Position numbers and translations under genes: made by a program
Shown: positions 1 through 11,045 of the stretch, piece after piece
How the letters are laid out: the number at the start of each line of letters is the position of its first letter
Numbering within the stretch: the first letter of the stretch is position 1
Source: a virus
Lineage: Duplodnaviria; Heunggongvirae; Uroviricota; Caudoviricetes
DNA length: 64,000 nt
IMG/VR virus record: IMGVR_UViG_3300042901_002340
Reading direction: 5' to 3' (one strand)
Notes under the pieces: generated by a model
Told to the model about the DNA's origin: nothing
Databases searched by the model: none
Seen by the model: only the letters and a program-made list of their open reading frames with translations

Positions 1-329
1 ACCTCATCAGGATCAGATGATTCAACATTATCGTTCAATTTTAAAAGATTCAATGCAAAGACTGGTCCAGCATTCAAACAAGTTAATATTGATCTATGGA
101 AGAAAGATCCCTTATTTTCAAGAGACGCGTCAATGTCACCAAAGATTGATATCATTGTTGTTACATCAGGAATATAAACAGGAGTATTAAAAGGTCCCTT
201 ATTAGAGAAACCTATAACAAGCCTAATTGTTTGTGATGTAAGTATGACGTTTTGTGATGCGTCAAATTCAAGCGTATAGACACCAGATGCTCTAAATTGA
301 GAATAGTCTATTTTTACCTTATTTGCCAT
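1..329 (-). CDS. Tail sheath protein, N-terminal part (runs off window)
   Basis: Manual translation MANKVKIDYSQFRASGVYTLEFD...LVIGFSNKGPFNTPVYI...IFG matches the T4 gp18-like sheath N-terminus; follows terminase. Confidence 0.85.
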   Translation of the reverse strand, partial: MANKVKIDYSQFRASGVYTLEFDASQNVILTSQTIRLVIGFSNKGPFNTPVYIPDVTTMISIFGDIDASLENKGSFFHRSILTCLNAGPVFALNLLKLNDNVESSDPDE

Positions 330-391
330 TATTTTTCAATATATTTTTACTTCTGTACTATATATCAAAAAAGAAATGAGAATTATTGATG

Positions 392-2218
392 CTACATTAA
401 GTTATTGAAGTCGCTATAAGATTTACCTTCCTTAGTGGATGGTCCCTTCCTATCGTCATCCATAATTTGATCTCCCTCAAGTTTTCTTATTATGATATCC
501 TTATATTCACTTTCCTCCATCTCGTCAAAAACTTCACCAACTAAATGGTTGAAGTCATATCCATCCATTAACCCAGGAAGATTTACCAAAGTCATTGCTA
601 CGTCGTCATGCCCACTCTGGCTAGAGTAAGTACCTCTATTATTAAGACCAAAAGTGAACAATTCAGGTATGGTCCATTTTTTTTCATTTACCAATATCCG
701 ATTTTCTCTTATAAGGCTTCTTAATAATTCGCAATATTTCATTTTATTCTTCTCGTTGTACTTTATTCCGGGTTTTAGACTTCTAGCACTCTCCGAATGT
801 TTAGTGAAAAGAAACATTTCATCGAAAAAATTATCTCTGGATATCAACTTATCGTATAATAATTCACCCTTGAAATTCATCTCCAATGCTATTTTTACCC
901 TGTCAACAGTAAAAACATTCTCGCACAATACTTGCAGAAGCTTAACCACGTCCTCTAGTTTTATCTCATTATCCCTAAATACCCCAATTTGAATGAGTCC
1001 AAAAAAATCAGATTCATCCTCAAATTCTTCCTTACTATTTATAATAGCCTTAGGTAATGGTGTAACTTTAAAAATATTAATAACAGTAAAATCACCCTTA
1101 CCTCCACCACTGAGATCTATGGAAAGTACAAATTTCTTTCCTGGTTCATTACATCGATCAATATCAAATTTAGGATGCCATCTGAAATTCTCATAATTTA
1201 TATTATTATTATGAAGCTCACTTATCTCTTTCCATTCATACTCAGTCTCGTTTTTCTTGATTCTCTTTAATTCATCAGATCCTAGTAACAAACTCGAGGA
1301 ACTTAAAAATTGATTACCATACTCCTGATTAAAAAGCTCCTCACTTCCAAGGTTACCTATCTCCCTCTGCTTCCATGCTTCATCTCTTCCAGGTACTTGC
1401 CACCAATCTACCCTTATTGGATTGAAGCTATTATCTCCATCAAGAGCTCCCTGATATAACTCATAGAACTTATTCATCCCGTTTGGTGTCGATGTTATTA
1501 TAATTCTAGAAACCTTGGAAGATGATACTGTAGGATAAGTTGATCTAAAGAAAGCCTCCATAAAGTTTTCGTTAATATGAGCAAACTCGTCCATGTATAG
1601 AAAATGAATAGTAAATCCAATACCAGATGTCTTTGTTGTTGTTTTAGCCAAGACCCTACATCCATTATCAAAACGCATCGACATCACATTATTTATGAGC
1701 ATCCCAGGTTTAAGAAAGAACGGAAGCCCTTTTATAATTGACTTTATTTTATCCATCAATTCCTCCGCAGTATCACCAACGTTGGCAAGTATCATGGCAT
1801 TTTTATCGTGATTGAAAAGTAGATACCAAACTAAAATTATGGAGGATGTTATAGATTTACCAACCTGTCTGGGAGCTAGAAATATATTGAATCTATTCGA
1901 TTGATATTCTCTAAGCACGGATTCCTGGTAATCCCTAAGGTTTATGTACTCCAGACCAATATCAGTCATTACCTTACAATATTTTGCAAAATAAGAAACG
2001 TCCTCAGCACACTTCTTCATTTCGAAAATTTCATCCCTAGTATATTCCCATTGAAGATTTGGCTTCTTTAATTCTGGGTCCTGCTCATAAAAGGGGTTAT
2101 CGACATCCTTATAATCCAATCCCTCCTCATCTATTCTTCTCAGAAGTTCATTTACTCTCTCAGTGTTCCATAAGGAGGTTTCTATTTGTTCCTGCTTCTT
2201 TTGTACTAATTCTCCCAT
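392..2218 (-). CDS. terL: Terminase large subunit (T4 gp17-like)
   Basis: LRDYQ Q motif, APRQVGKS Walker A, YMDEFAH Walker B, ITSTPNG, FNQEY, C-terminal HDDVAM nuclease motif. Confidence 0.96.
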   Translation of the reverse strand: MGELVQKKQEQIETSLWNTERVNELLRRIDEEGLDYKDVDNPFYEQDPELKKPNLQWEYTRDEIFEMKKCAEDVSYFAKYCKVMTDIGLEYINLRDYQESVLREYQSNRFNIFLAPRQVGKSITSSIILVWYLLFNHDKNAMILANVGDTAEELMDKIKSIIKGLPFFLKPGMLINNVMSMRFDNGCRVLAKTTTKTSGIGFTIHFLYMDEFAHINENFMEAFFRSTYPTVSSSKVSRIIITSTPNGMNKFYELYQGALDGDNSFNPIRVDWWQVPGRDEAWKQREIGNLGSEELFNQEYGNQFLSSSSLLLGSDELKRIKKNETEYEWKEISELHNNNINYENFRWHPKFDIDRCNEPGKKFVLSIDLSGGGKGDFTVINIFKVTPLPKAIINSKEEFEDESDFFGLIQIGVFRDNEIKLEDVVKLLQVLCENVFTVDRVKIALEMNFKGELLYDKLISRDNFFDEMFLFTKHSESARSLKPGIKYNEKNKMKYCELLRSLIRENRILVNEKKWTIPELFTFGLNNRGTYSSQSGHDDVAMTLVNLPGLMDGYDFNHLVGEVFDEMEESEYKDIIIRKLEGDQIMDDDRKGPSTKEGKSYSDFNNLM

Positions 2219-2220
2219 TT

Positions 2221-3015
2221 TTAATATAGTTCATCCTCAATAACAAAAGCATCGGAAGCATCGGAATCATTATCTATTCTTGAAACATTTGGATTATCAA
2301 GATCCATTATTTTTTTATGCTTAGCATTTACTACAGCATTAGGTTCAACAACTTCAGGAGTTATATCGACAACTTCCGATCCTATTAGATCCCTAAGTCC
2401 CTCCATTATTCCTCTGGTACCTCTGGATTTAATTCCACCATTTTCAGTAATTGTTGAGGGGGTGCTATACGAATCACTGTTTATATCCTGATTCATAACA
2501 ACCCTATTGTTTTGTTTTTTCTCATCTATTTCTATTCTAGACTTCTTGTAATTTTGCTCCATTTTCTCCAGATAGGCCTGATAATCTTTAGGCATCTGCA
2601 TAATCTGGGATTGCATTTGTGCTAAAACCTCAAAAAGTCTAGGATTTGTATTACCCAAATCTATTTCCTCAAGTATTTTAGTTATGGTATGCTGAGCGGT
2701 TTTAAGTTGAAACATCATGGCGGAAACGTTCATTGTATCCATCTTCTTCTTATGTTCAACGTGATATGCTGATTGATTTTCAGTAGTTAGATCCACATAG
2801 AATTCAGCTAATGAATCCATAAGAACTTTAGCATCCGCTGCTGCTGAGGATTGCGCTCCTGCGAAATCCATTAAATCCGTGGTTTTTATTCTAGGGAGAT
2901 CAATAGAATCAGCAGAAAAAGAAACATTGAATCCCTCGTCCATTAATATGGAATCTAAATTTTCTTTTATTCTTTCCTCTATTACCTTCTCTGGTTTTGG
3001 TTTTCTTCTTGGCAT
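2221..3015 (-). CDS. Putative terminase small subunit / hypothetical helical protein
   Basis: Immediately upstream of terL; helical core with NPRLFEV resembling the gp16 PR-x-x-EV motif. Confidence 0.5.
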   Translation of the reverse strand: MPRRKPKPEKVIEERIKENLDSILMDEGFNVSFSADSIDLPRIKTTDLMDFAGAQSSAAADAKVLMDSLAEFYVDLTTENQSAYHVEHKKKMDTMNVSAMMFQLKTAQHTITKILEEIDLGNTNPRLFEVLAQMQSQIMQMPKDYQAYLEKMEQNYKKSRIEIDEKKQNNRVVMNQDINSDSYSTPSTITENGGIKSRGTRGIMEGLRDLIGSEVVDITPEVVEPNAVVNAKHKKIMDLDNPNVSRIDNDSDASDAFVIEDELY

Positions 3016-3018
3016 AAT

Positions 3019-5511
3019 TTATTTATTTCTTGCAAATTTTGGGATATTTAGCAAAGGTTTAGCATTATCTATTATATGTGCTAGTTGAGAATCTCTAACA
3101 ATATTCTGATTAAGCACTGTTGATTGGTTATCTATATCTATCATATTCTTAAATAGTCTTACATTACTAATGTATATTGGACCGGTGTATATCTTGTAAG
3201 AGTTATTATCGGTACCGTAATATGGACTAAACTTATTGGTAACTATATTTGAAGGAGCGCTGAAAACTATATGATCAGTAAACATTCTAGAATCCTCTTG
3301 TAATTTCTCAAGCTTACTAGATTGATCGGGCGAACTGTTTGTTGGATCGTAAGTAATTCCCCATATTATTGACGATATTTGTTTATAAACATTCGAGAAG
3401 TTTATAACTATACCATACCATTCGTCTATGACTGGTACAAATTGTAGAGTTGAATTTATTGTAAGATCATTGAATCTAACAACAAGACTTCCGGTTTCTA
3501 AAAACCTATTAGTTAAATCATCGGTAATACCTGAATGTATAATATCTGCTCTAAATCCTTTAATGTCCCCATTTTGATCCTCATAAAGTCCACTTATTAA
3601 ATTTCTAGATTGTGCTTTTTGCATTATCCATGTTGTTGGCTGGAGAGAAAAATTTTGGGATTTATTTATAACAGTAAATCTATATTCATCTATCACAGAC
3701 TCAACCTTATATCCGCCACTATGTGTAAAATCACCTTTTATCGCTACATACCCCTCAGGATTACTGTCATATGATTCCCATCTTTGGAGATTATGCTTTC
3801 TTGGGTACGAATTAAAGACAAGGAGATCATCATCATATGATTCCAAAGTGATATTTACAACAGGATATGGTCTTTTGGACAATTGCTGATTATTATAAAG
3901 ATTTCTAATACTGAACCATGATGTGAATGCTAATTCTTCACCTATACTAATTTTTGGTAGCATCTTGTATCTTATTGCCTGTCTATATTGCTTGGTTGCA
4001 TAGGTAAAATCTGAATCATCAGCAAAAGCTGAATAAAGATCATAATAATCGTTAAATACTATTGTCCAGTTATTATTGAGATCATACCCAATTATTTCTA
4101 GATCCTTATAAACATAGGATCTTATAGGATCCTGCGACATTTGTGTTATCGTCGTTGCATACTGTTGGGGATTTGTTATTTTAAGTTCCTCGTTCTCAAC
4201 CTCGGTTCCAAATAAATCACTAGTAGTAAGACTTATACCATCAAGTTCCTCTTTGTATGCAGGATCTCTAAAATATGTGTTACTTTTAGGGTTATATTTC
4301 TTAAGCTCCATTTTAAAATAAACAGGAGCATTCATAAAGTCTCTAAATAAATAGGTCGAATTTATTTCATATATTCTATTTGTTATTGGAAAATATATAA
4401 TGTCCCTCTTTCTTGGCTGTGATCCTCTACCAAATATTGACTCAAAATATCTTTTATCCATCTGAACCTCAAATGGATCTTCATAATTTAATCCAAAAGG
4501 ATCAAAATTTATTTTATTGTCAGGAAATTGATTCTGATTAACCATTAATTTAACACATTTCTCGGAGACAACATTAAATATTGTGTATTCTCTAAGAACA
4601 ACGTCCCTACCCCTAGCCTGTGGCTGAACAGAATAATAATTTGCATCAAGTCCAAACATCTTATTGACCATAAGACTTAAATCCTGGTATATGTTTAGTG
4701 CTTTATTGACAGCATAAGGTTTAAATGTAAACCCACAATCGGAAAATACCACAGGTCTATTCGAACTCTCAGGAGAACAAACTGGTGCGGGTCTTATCTG
4801 AACCTTCTCCGGTCCTACCACGAAATCAAGATCAAGATCGAAGCTAACAATAACCACCGATGGATCTATAGGTTCATTAGAATTATAAATTATACCACCA
4901 TCCGAGCCTATTAAAACAGAGGTAAATCTAAACTCCGGATAAAATTTATTGGCAGGATCCAGATTTATAGGAAAAACATCAGAAAAATTATTTGTTAACC
5001 CATTAAGAGCTGTTCCAACATTAGTCCATAACGACCATGTTTTTCCATCTATGCTGTACCTAAAATCTATTACTATATCATCGGAATTAAGTATTGGCCC
5101 ATTATTATTCGAATAGAAAGTATCTATTATCCATCCGTTAAATTTTGTTACATTCTCGAAAGGTTTATCCCAAGATAATACCCTATAACTACCTATATAC
5201 GTGAAGTTTAAGGCACTTTCGAGTTGTTCCATTCTTAAACCATAGTATTCAGGAGTTTCGCACGGCATATACATTGTATTACCGTTTACCACAATTTCAT
5301 GGAACCCACCACAACCTATCTGTTTAGCTCTAGCCATTGCGGCTCCCTCGGTACTAAATATATTATCAACGGAGGATTCCAGAACCTTCTCCGTATTTTC
5401 TAGTCCATCGTGATATGAATATCTAGGATCAGAAATACTATATTGCTCGCCCTCGGTATTATACACAGGCGTACCTTTTTTTGGAAATCTATTCTCTGGG
5501 TAAAAGCTCAT
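3019..5511 (-). CDS. Virion structural protein with neck (gp14-like) region
   Basis: 830 aa; FDPFGL...FESIFG...PRKRDIIYFPITNRIYEI resembles T4 gp14 neck protein; GATATATA motif upstream. Confidence 0.55.
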   Translation of the reverse strand: MSFYPENRFPKKGTPVYNTEGEQYSISDPRYSYHDGLENTEKVLESSVDNIFSTEGAAMARAKQIGCGGFHEIVVNGNTMYMPCETPEYYGLRMEQLESALNFTYIGSYRVLSWDKPFENVTKFNGWIIDTFYSNNNGPILNSDDIVIDFRYSIDGKTWSLWTNVGTALNGLTNNFSDVFPINLDPANKFYPEFRFTSVLIGSDGGIIYNSNEPIDPSVVIVSFDLDLDFVVGPEKVQIRPAPVCSPESSNRPVVFSDCGFTFKPYAVNKALNIYQDLSLMVNKMFGLDANYYSVQPQARGRDVVLREYTIFNVVSEKCVKLMVNQNQFPDNKINFDPFGLNYEDPFEVQMDKRYFESIFGRGSQPRKRDIIYFPITNRIYEINSTYLFRDFMNAPVYFKMELKKYNPKSNTYFRDPAYKEELDGISLTTSDLFGTEVENEELKITNPQQYATTITQMSQDPIRSYVYKDLEIIGYDLNNNWTIVFNDYYDLYSAFADDSDFTYATKQYRQAIRYKMLPKISIGEELAFTSWFSIRNLYNNQQLSKRPYPVVNITLESYDDDLLVFNSYPRKHNLQRWESYDSNPEGYVAIKGDFTHSGGYKVESVIDEYRFTVINKSQNFSLQPTTWIMQKAQSRNLISGLYEDQNGDIKGFRADIIHSGITDDLTNRFLETGSLVVRFNDLTINSTLQFVPVIDEWYGIVINFSNVYKQISSIIWGITYDPTNSSPDQSSKLEKLQEDSRMFTDHIVFSAPSNIVTNKFSPYYGTDNNSYKIYTGPIYISNVRLFKNMIDIDNQSTVLNQNIVRDSQLAHIIDNAKPLLNIPKFARNK

Positions 5512-5559
5512 TCTTATTTGTACTTTTTCTTATATATCAAAAATTCCTAGACTACAAAC

Positions 5560-5588
5560 AAAAAAAGAGGATCTTACGATCCTCTTTA
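5560..5588 (-). terminator. Intrinsic terminator
   Basis: Inverted repeat aaagaggatc/gatcctcttt with A run on plus strand (U tract on minus). Confidence 0.8.
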
Positions 5589-5611
5589 TAATTCTATAAG
5601 TTACTTTTAGA

Positions 5612-5884
5612 TTACGATTTCTTATAAATACCACTAACAAGGTCAAGTTTACCTTCACCATGCTCAGCAACAACTTTAGCTTGTAGTTCCTCTTCTCTGA
5701 TATTTATTTTAGCTGCCTCTTCATAAAGGTATTCAAGTTCCTGATTCATCATTTCCAGATCTCTTTTATAAAAAGAAACTTGGACATTCAATCTACCTAT
5801 CTTTACCACGTTTTCGGTAAGCTCATCCTTTAGAGTTTGAACCTCTAATAGTAACTCATCATTTAGTTTAATTTCCTGACTCAT
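5612..5884 (-). CDS. Small coiled-coil hypothetical protein
   Basis: 90 aa ORF ending YG/HG-x-G-x-L-D-L-x-x-G type motif common in T4-like phages. Confidence 0.7.
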   Translation of the reverse strand: MSQEIKLNDELLLEVQTLKDELTENVVKIGRLNVQVSFYKRDLEMMNQELEYLYEEAAKINIREEELQAKVVAEHGEGKLDLVSGIYKKS

Positions 5885-5928
5885 TTTAATTTTTTAATTT
5901 ATACTAATTTTATTAGATATTGTTTCGA

Positions 5929-6219
5929 TTATATTCCACTTCTTCTAGTAGGAAAAACCCCACCTATTATAGGTGCAATGAATTGTGAAACACCCTTCCT
6001 TGAATCTCCACCGTCCAGGATGTCACTAAAGTCCTTACCCACGGGATTGGGATTCGAATAGAAATTACCAGAAGCCTTAACTTCCATTATCTCCTCGCTG
6101 TCATTTTTTCTAACATAATTGTTTCCTGTACCTACAAAATATAACTGATCTCTCGTTTCACTGTCACTTCCATCAATTATCATATTTTCAATTGATAATA
6201 TTCTATCGTCTATTGCCAT
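5929..6219 (-). CDS. Hypothetical protein
   Basis: 96 aa ORF in operon. Confidence 0.65.
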   Translation of the reverse strand: MAIDDRILSIENMIIDGSDSETRDQLYFVGTGNNYVRKNDSEEIMEVKASGNFYSNPNPVGKDFSDILDGGDSRKGVSQFIAPIIGGVFPTRRSGI

Positions 6220-6233
6220 GTCTATTAGTTTTT

Positions 6234-6980
6234 TTATAATATCTCTCTGTTTCGAGGAGGATTTGTATTTTTTGATATAATCTGTTTAGCTTTAAGTCCA
6301 GCTTGCATAAGGTTACCTCTAAATCTCTCGGTCGAAAGGTCCTTATCAGGGAAATATGTTTCAAGAGCTATTGAAAAATTGAATGTTATATATTCCTGAT
6401 TTCCGTATGTGAATTCATATTGCTTTGTAGACTCATAATCCTCAGGAAACCCCACGGTTGCAGGAATTCTTATTCCTTCGTATTCAAAACTATAACTATA
6501 AGTTTTATAGAATGTTCTGATAACACTTTGATACATCTTGAAAGAATCAAGAAGTGTATCTATTTTCATAGCTATGTTAAAAGTAATATTAAGGGGTATG
6601 GATGTAGTGTGTGAGGAAAGGGTTTTCATTTCACCCTTTACGTCTTCAACCGCATAGGACATTCTAACATATTTATTAGTTAATGCTTGAGTATCAATCA
6701 TACTCGATTGATAAGAAACTACACCTCTCGGCAGAATATCGTAATTACCCTCAGCATGTGGTTTATCAGTAACACAATCCTGATACTCTATAAAGGAGTC
6801 CTGAAGGAAAGCTTCATCCCCTGTAAGGGAAAAAAAGAATGGAACATACACCTCTATTTTTTCCTGCTGATCATTCACTTGAAAGTATGTTACTTTCTCA
6901 TTTAACGATCTAAGCAAACCTATTATTAGATTTCTTAGATATACGTCATCCATATTAAACTTCTCCAAAAATCCGGACAT
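6234..6980 (-). CDS. Tail sheath stabiliser / tail completion protein (gp15-like)
   Basis: YLRNLIIGLL, IEVYVP, ILPRG, IPLNITFNI pattern resembles T4 gp15. Confidence 0.65.
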   Translation of the reverse strand: MSGFLEKFNMDDVYLRNLIIGLLRSLNEKVTYFQVNDQQEKIEVYVPFFFSLTGDEAFLQDSFIEYQDCVTDKPHAEGNYDILPRGVVSYQSSMIDTQALTNKYVRMSYAVEDVKGEMKTLSSHTTSIPLNITFNIAMKIDTLLDSFKMYQSVIRTFYKTYSYSFEYEGIRIPATVGFPEDYESTKQYEFTYGNQEYITFNFSIALETYFPDKDLSTERFRGNLMQAGLKAKQIISKNTNPPRNREIL

Positions 6981-6992
6981 ATAATTCTATTT

Positions 6993-8219
6993 TTATGTTA
7001 CTATTACAAAATTTGTTTTACTTTTTACTGAAGATCCCGCTGCATTGGATGCAGTCATTGTTACAGTATAAATACCAGGGTTATTATATATAACGGTTGG
7101 ATTTCTACCAGTACTTCCTGTTGGAGATGCTGAAGGTCCAAATACCCAATTCCACCCGGTCGGTGCAAATTGCCAAGGATTACTAACACTCGAATCTATA
7201 AATTTTACGCTACCACCAGTAGCTACTCCAGCGGGTAGATATCCAGTAATTACATTTTTTGTTCCACTTAACGCAACAATAGGTGAAGGCGAAACCGTAA
7301 ATTGCCTATTATTAATTACAATTATAACCTTAGCATTTGGAGATAATTCACCAATATCCGTGGTTTTGAGAGAAATATACATACCAGCGGTTAATCCAAC
7401 AGTACTTGTAACATTTATAATAGAAGCAGAGCTTGTCGCTCCTGCTGCTGAAGTGTATATTGGGGGTTGACCTTCCCATATAAAATCAGGATATGGTGGG
7501 GTTGGCACAGGTCCTTGTCTCGTAATAACCCCATCAGGCGTACTGTCAAAATCAGGGTATCCTAAAGGTATATTATCAAGTCTTCCTGGTGTTTTTTGTT
7601 TTATGATAGGAATCTCAGCATATCTTATTTGTAAGGGAAACCCTGAATCATCACAATATTTAGGATGTTCAAAAAATCCGGTTAGATAATCAGATTCAGA
7701 TATTGCTGTAATATTGGTATAATTTAATCTAAGCATCTCCGAACAATCCCTAACTGTACACTGGCTCAATGTCTTAATAACTGCAAATGACTTAACCGTA
7801 CTTTCTATAGTAATTCTTGCTATATTTGGGTTGTCATAAATTATAAAGAAATAATTACTAGTTGTAATTTTTGAGATTATTGGTATATTTCTAGGGGAAA
7901 CTACATTTGTTAAATACTCATTAGGAATATTTGTTCTAGGAGCAAGCAAACCAACACCAAATATACCCATTTGTTTGGCTGACGAAGGAAGGACTTCCAT
8001 ATCCTCTATAGAAGAAAACCTTAAACCATCCACCTTATTCTTCGTGCTCTTTATAAGCATATTTTTTTGAGCCTCTGATGGTGGAATTTCGAAGCTAGTA
8101 ACAGGAATACCTCTCAATTCAGGAATTTTATCCTTGTTGTTCTTTATTAAAGCATTTTCCTGCTTTGGACTTAATTCCTTTGGTTCCTGATTTACCCTTA
8201 TGGATTGTCTAGATCTCAA
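6993..8219 (-). CDS. PKD-domain protein, probably virion associated
   Basis: C-terminal VKFIDSS...WNWVFG...NPTVIYNNPGIYTVTMTASN PKD signature; TTG start uncertain. Confidence 0.75.
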   Translation of the reverse strand: MRSRQSIRVNQEPKELSPKQENALIKNNKDKIPELRGIPVTSFEIPPSEAQKNMLIKSTKNKVDGLRFSSIEDMEVLPSSAKQMGIFGVGLLAPRTNIPNEYLTNVVSPRNIPIISKITTSNYFFIIYDNPNIARITIESTVKSFAVIKTLSQCTVRDCSEMLRLNYTNITAISESDYLTGFFEHPKYCDDSGFPLQIRYAEIPIIKQKTPGRLDNIPLGYPDFDSTPDGVITRQGPVPTPPYPDFIWEGQPPIYTSAAGATSSASIINVTSTVGLTAGMYISLKTTDIGELSPNAKVIIVINNRQFTVSPSPIVALSGTKNVITGYLPAGVATGGSVKFIDSSVSNPWQFAPTGWNWVFGPSASPTGSTGRNPTVIYNNPGIYTVTMTASNAAGSSVKSKTNFVIVT

Positions 8220-8258
8220 TTTAGTTTTTTTATTCTATATATTCGAAAGATCAACTTA

Positions 8259-9923
8259 TTAAAATTGATCAATCGTCATAGAAGAAAAACTATTTGTCTT
8301 TTTTATGTCTATTTTCCAATCAAATATCTCATGTGGCATAGGAGCATGATTTATAACAAATATATTAAGTCCCATCTCTCTAGAATTTTTTTGTAAAACT
8401 CTAAGTATAGATGTCACACCGTCAGGATCCACAGAACTGAATAATTCATCCAGAAATAAAAGATTAATCGTACTAAATTTTAATTTCATCAGTTTCATTA
8501 TAGCGATGAGAACAACAAAATCAACTTTTTTCATCTCGCCAGTACTTAAAGTTTGAACTGGTATTTCTATACCCATCTGGTATATAGAAGCTTTAAATTC
8601 ATCATCGAAAACAACCTGATAATCCAAATGTAATGCTTCTAATAAATCCATTATCTCTGAATTTAATGATGGTAATATAGTTTTTATTGCCATCTGTTTA
8701 ACCCCCTTCTCGCTTAGAATATCGTCCAGTGTCTTAACCCAAGCATTCTTTTCTGCTGATTTAAAAACATCACCCTTTATTTTGTCTCTCTCGGTTTCAA
8801 GATTTTTGATAATTTTTTCGAGAGATCTAACCTGAGCGTCATTTTTCTTATCATCAAGCAATTCAATATCTCTAAGAATATCCCTTATTCTTTGGGATAT
8901 TTTATTGTTCTTATCCTGAAGATCAATCTTAGTTTTTTTCATCTCAGATTCTTTCTCGCGTAATTTAATGATTACCAATTCTGCTTCATCAAGTTTATCT
9001 TTAGACGAATCAAGATCAGTTTCCATTATTGATTTTTTATGCTCGTGGAATTCTCCCGTGAGCGGGCTCTCGCACGTGGGACACATGTCTGACTCGTATA
9101 ATTTTAGACCCTTTCCCAATGATTCAACCTTACCCTTTATTTCAAGAAGTTCCTTGGTTGATGTGTATATAAGATCGGCTAATTTTGTTTCCTCCTCTTT
9201 AAAAGCATCAATTTTTCCAGAATGAAGCACTTGCAATTTTTGGAAAGATTCCAGGGATTTGTTAAGTTCAGATGTTTGGTTTTTAATATCTTCATCCATC
9301 TGACCCAGAAGATTCTCCATTTCCTCCGTTGATTTATTAATGGTTGATTCAGTTGCAGATAGACTTCCGGAGAGAGTATCAAGAGATTCCTTTATTTTTC
9401 TAATCTCACCCTTTAATAATTCTCTCATCTGGTTCAGTATATTAAATCCGAAGATCTTATCTATGATTGCTCTCTTGTCCTGAGGTGACATTTTTATAAA
9501 TGATTTAAAGTCATTTATGGAAAGGGATATCGTATTATTAAACACATAATACGGTATTCCTATCAAATCATCGGCAAGATATGTCTGGACATTTACATTC
9601 CCTGCTTGATCGTAGGGTATACCGTTTATAGACAATGTAAAAACAGAGGGCTCAAGTCCTCTCTCCACAGTTATTATTTTACCATTATTCTCAAATTCAA
9701 TTCTAACCCAAGCATGTCCATTTATTCTATTTGGTATATCACCTAGTTTTTTACCCTCAACCTTTCCATAAAGTGCAAATGCTATTACCTGAGATATTGT
9801 GGTTTTACCCGCACCGTTTTCACCAACAATCTGAAAAAGACAAGCTTCATTCGGAAATTCTAAAGTCTGTAACCTATTACCATACGAGGAGAAATTTCTC
9901 CATTCAATTTTTAATATCTTCAT
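8259..9923 (-). CDS. Recombination nuclease ATPase subunit (gp46/SbcC/Rad50-like)
   Basis: GENGAGKTT Walker A, CPTC zinc hook, LSTGE signature, LFLDE Walker B. Confidence 0.95.
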   Translation of the reverse strand: MKILKIEWRNFSSYGNRLQTLEFPNEACLFQIVGENGAGKTTISQVIAFALYGKVEGKKLGDIPNRINGHAWVRIEFENNGKIITVERGLEPSVFTLSINGIPYDQAGNVNVQTYLADDLIGIPYYVFNNTISLSINDFKSFIKMSPQDKRAIIDKIFGFNILNQMRELLKGEIRKIKESLDTLSGSLSATESTINKSTEEMENLLGQMDEDIKNQTSELNKSLESFQKLQVLHSGKIDAFKEEETKLADLIYTSTKELLEIKGKVESLGKGLKLYESDMCPTCESPLTGEFHEHKKSIMETDLDSSKDKLDEAELVIIKLREKESEMKKTKIDLQDKNNKISQRIRDILRDIELLDDKKNDAQVRSLEKIIKNLETERDKIKGDVFKSAEKNAWVKTLDDILSEKGVKQMAIKTILPSLNSEIMDLLEALHLDYQVVFDDEFKASIYQMGIEIPVQTLSTGEMKKVDFVVLIAIMKLMKLKFSTINLLFLDELFSSVDPDGVTSILRVLQKNSREMGLNIFVINHAPMPHEIFDWKIDIKKTNSFSSMTIDQF

Positions 9924-11044
9924 TATAATTTCTTCTCCTGCTCCTGATTTACCACCATAGTATGGAGTTTAAATAAACTTGTAATTATTTTTTTCTTAAC
10001 GTCATCATCAGAGTCCATGGAATCAACATAAGCTTTTATGAAATCAAGAACATTAAACTGTGTATCACTATCTGAATCAACCATCTGATCAGTTAAGGTT
10101 GTTGACTTATCCGGATCGTATGGGTGAAATTTAAGGAATCTTTGTGTGGTTATCATATCGGTAAGCATACTCAGAGGTGCCTTAAGAGCCATAACCGGAT
10201 CTATCATAATATCAACAAAATTATTTCTGAATTTAGGCTCAAGCTCATCCGGGGTAGATTCCAAGATATCACCAAAATAGAACTTTTTAAATCTAGGAGA
10301 AAAAGTATTTATGTGAACCATTTCAATCATATCCTCTAGATTTAATACAGTAATAGATTTTGGATTGTCCATATCAGATCTAGTTAGTTCATAGGGAGAT
10401 CCAAGCATGGTTATATTTTCATACTTTTGAGAATAATGAATATGACCGGAATAAACCTTGGTAAATTTTTTAAATTTGGTTACATCCGCACCAGATTCAA
10501 CATTAACATATTTGTTAAATTTTAATCCTCTAATATCAGCATGACAGCAAAGAACATCATGCGGTTCCACATATTCTAAAGTTTCAGTTTCTGCGTTATG
10601 GTCCTTCCTCCATGGCATAAGGAAGAAATTCTTATCCATCAGCTTTAGCGTAACTGGATCCTCAAATATGTTTATACCCGGGACCCATTTTATGGATTTG
10701 AGCGAATTTACCTCGTTTGTATTTTTTCCAAATATATCATGATTACCAACAATAACATAAACACCATCAGTAAATATGGAAGATAATTCCTCGGCAATGG
10801 ATATACCTAGATTAAGTACCTTAAGATTTATACTCTGTCTGGAATCAAAAAAATCGCCGAGATGAATAAGCACATCACCCGGCTGATAATTTTTTCTTAC
10901 TAGAGGGAAAAACCAATCAAAGAAATATTCCCTTGTTTGGTCTATCCATTCATTCGAATTGTTTCTTACCCCTAAATGAGTATCCGTTATAAACCAAACT
11001 CTTCTTGCTTTATCGTTTACCAATTTTATAGGTCCTTCATTCAT
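9923..11044 (-). CDS. Recombination nuclease subunit (gp47/SbcD/Mre11-like)
   Basis: DTHLG, GDFFD, GNHD, SGHIH metallophosphoesterase motifs; adjacent to gp46-like gene. Confidence 0.95.
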   Translation of the reverse strand: MNEGPIKLVNDKARRVWFITDTHLGVRNNSNEWIDQTREYFFDWFFPLVRKNYQPGDVLIHLGDFFDSRQSINLKVLNLGISIAEELSSIFTDGVYVIVGNHDIFGKNTNEVNSLKSIKWVPGINIFEDPVTLKLMDKNFFLMPWRKDHNAETETLEYVEPHDVLCCHADIRGLKFNKYVNVESGADVTKFKKFTKVYSGHIHYSQKYENITMLGSPYELTRSDMDNPKSITVLNLEDMIEMVHINTFSPRFKKFYFGDILESTPDELEPKFRNNFVDIMIDPVMALKAPLSMLTDMITTQRFLKFHPYDPDKSTTLTDQMVDSDSDTQFNVLDFIKAYVDSMDSDDDVKKKIITSLFKLHTMVVNQEQEKKL

Positions 11045-11045
11045 G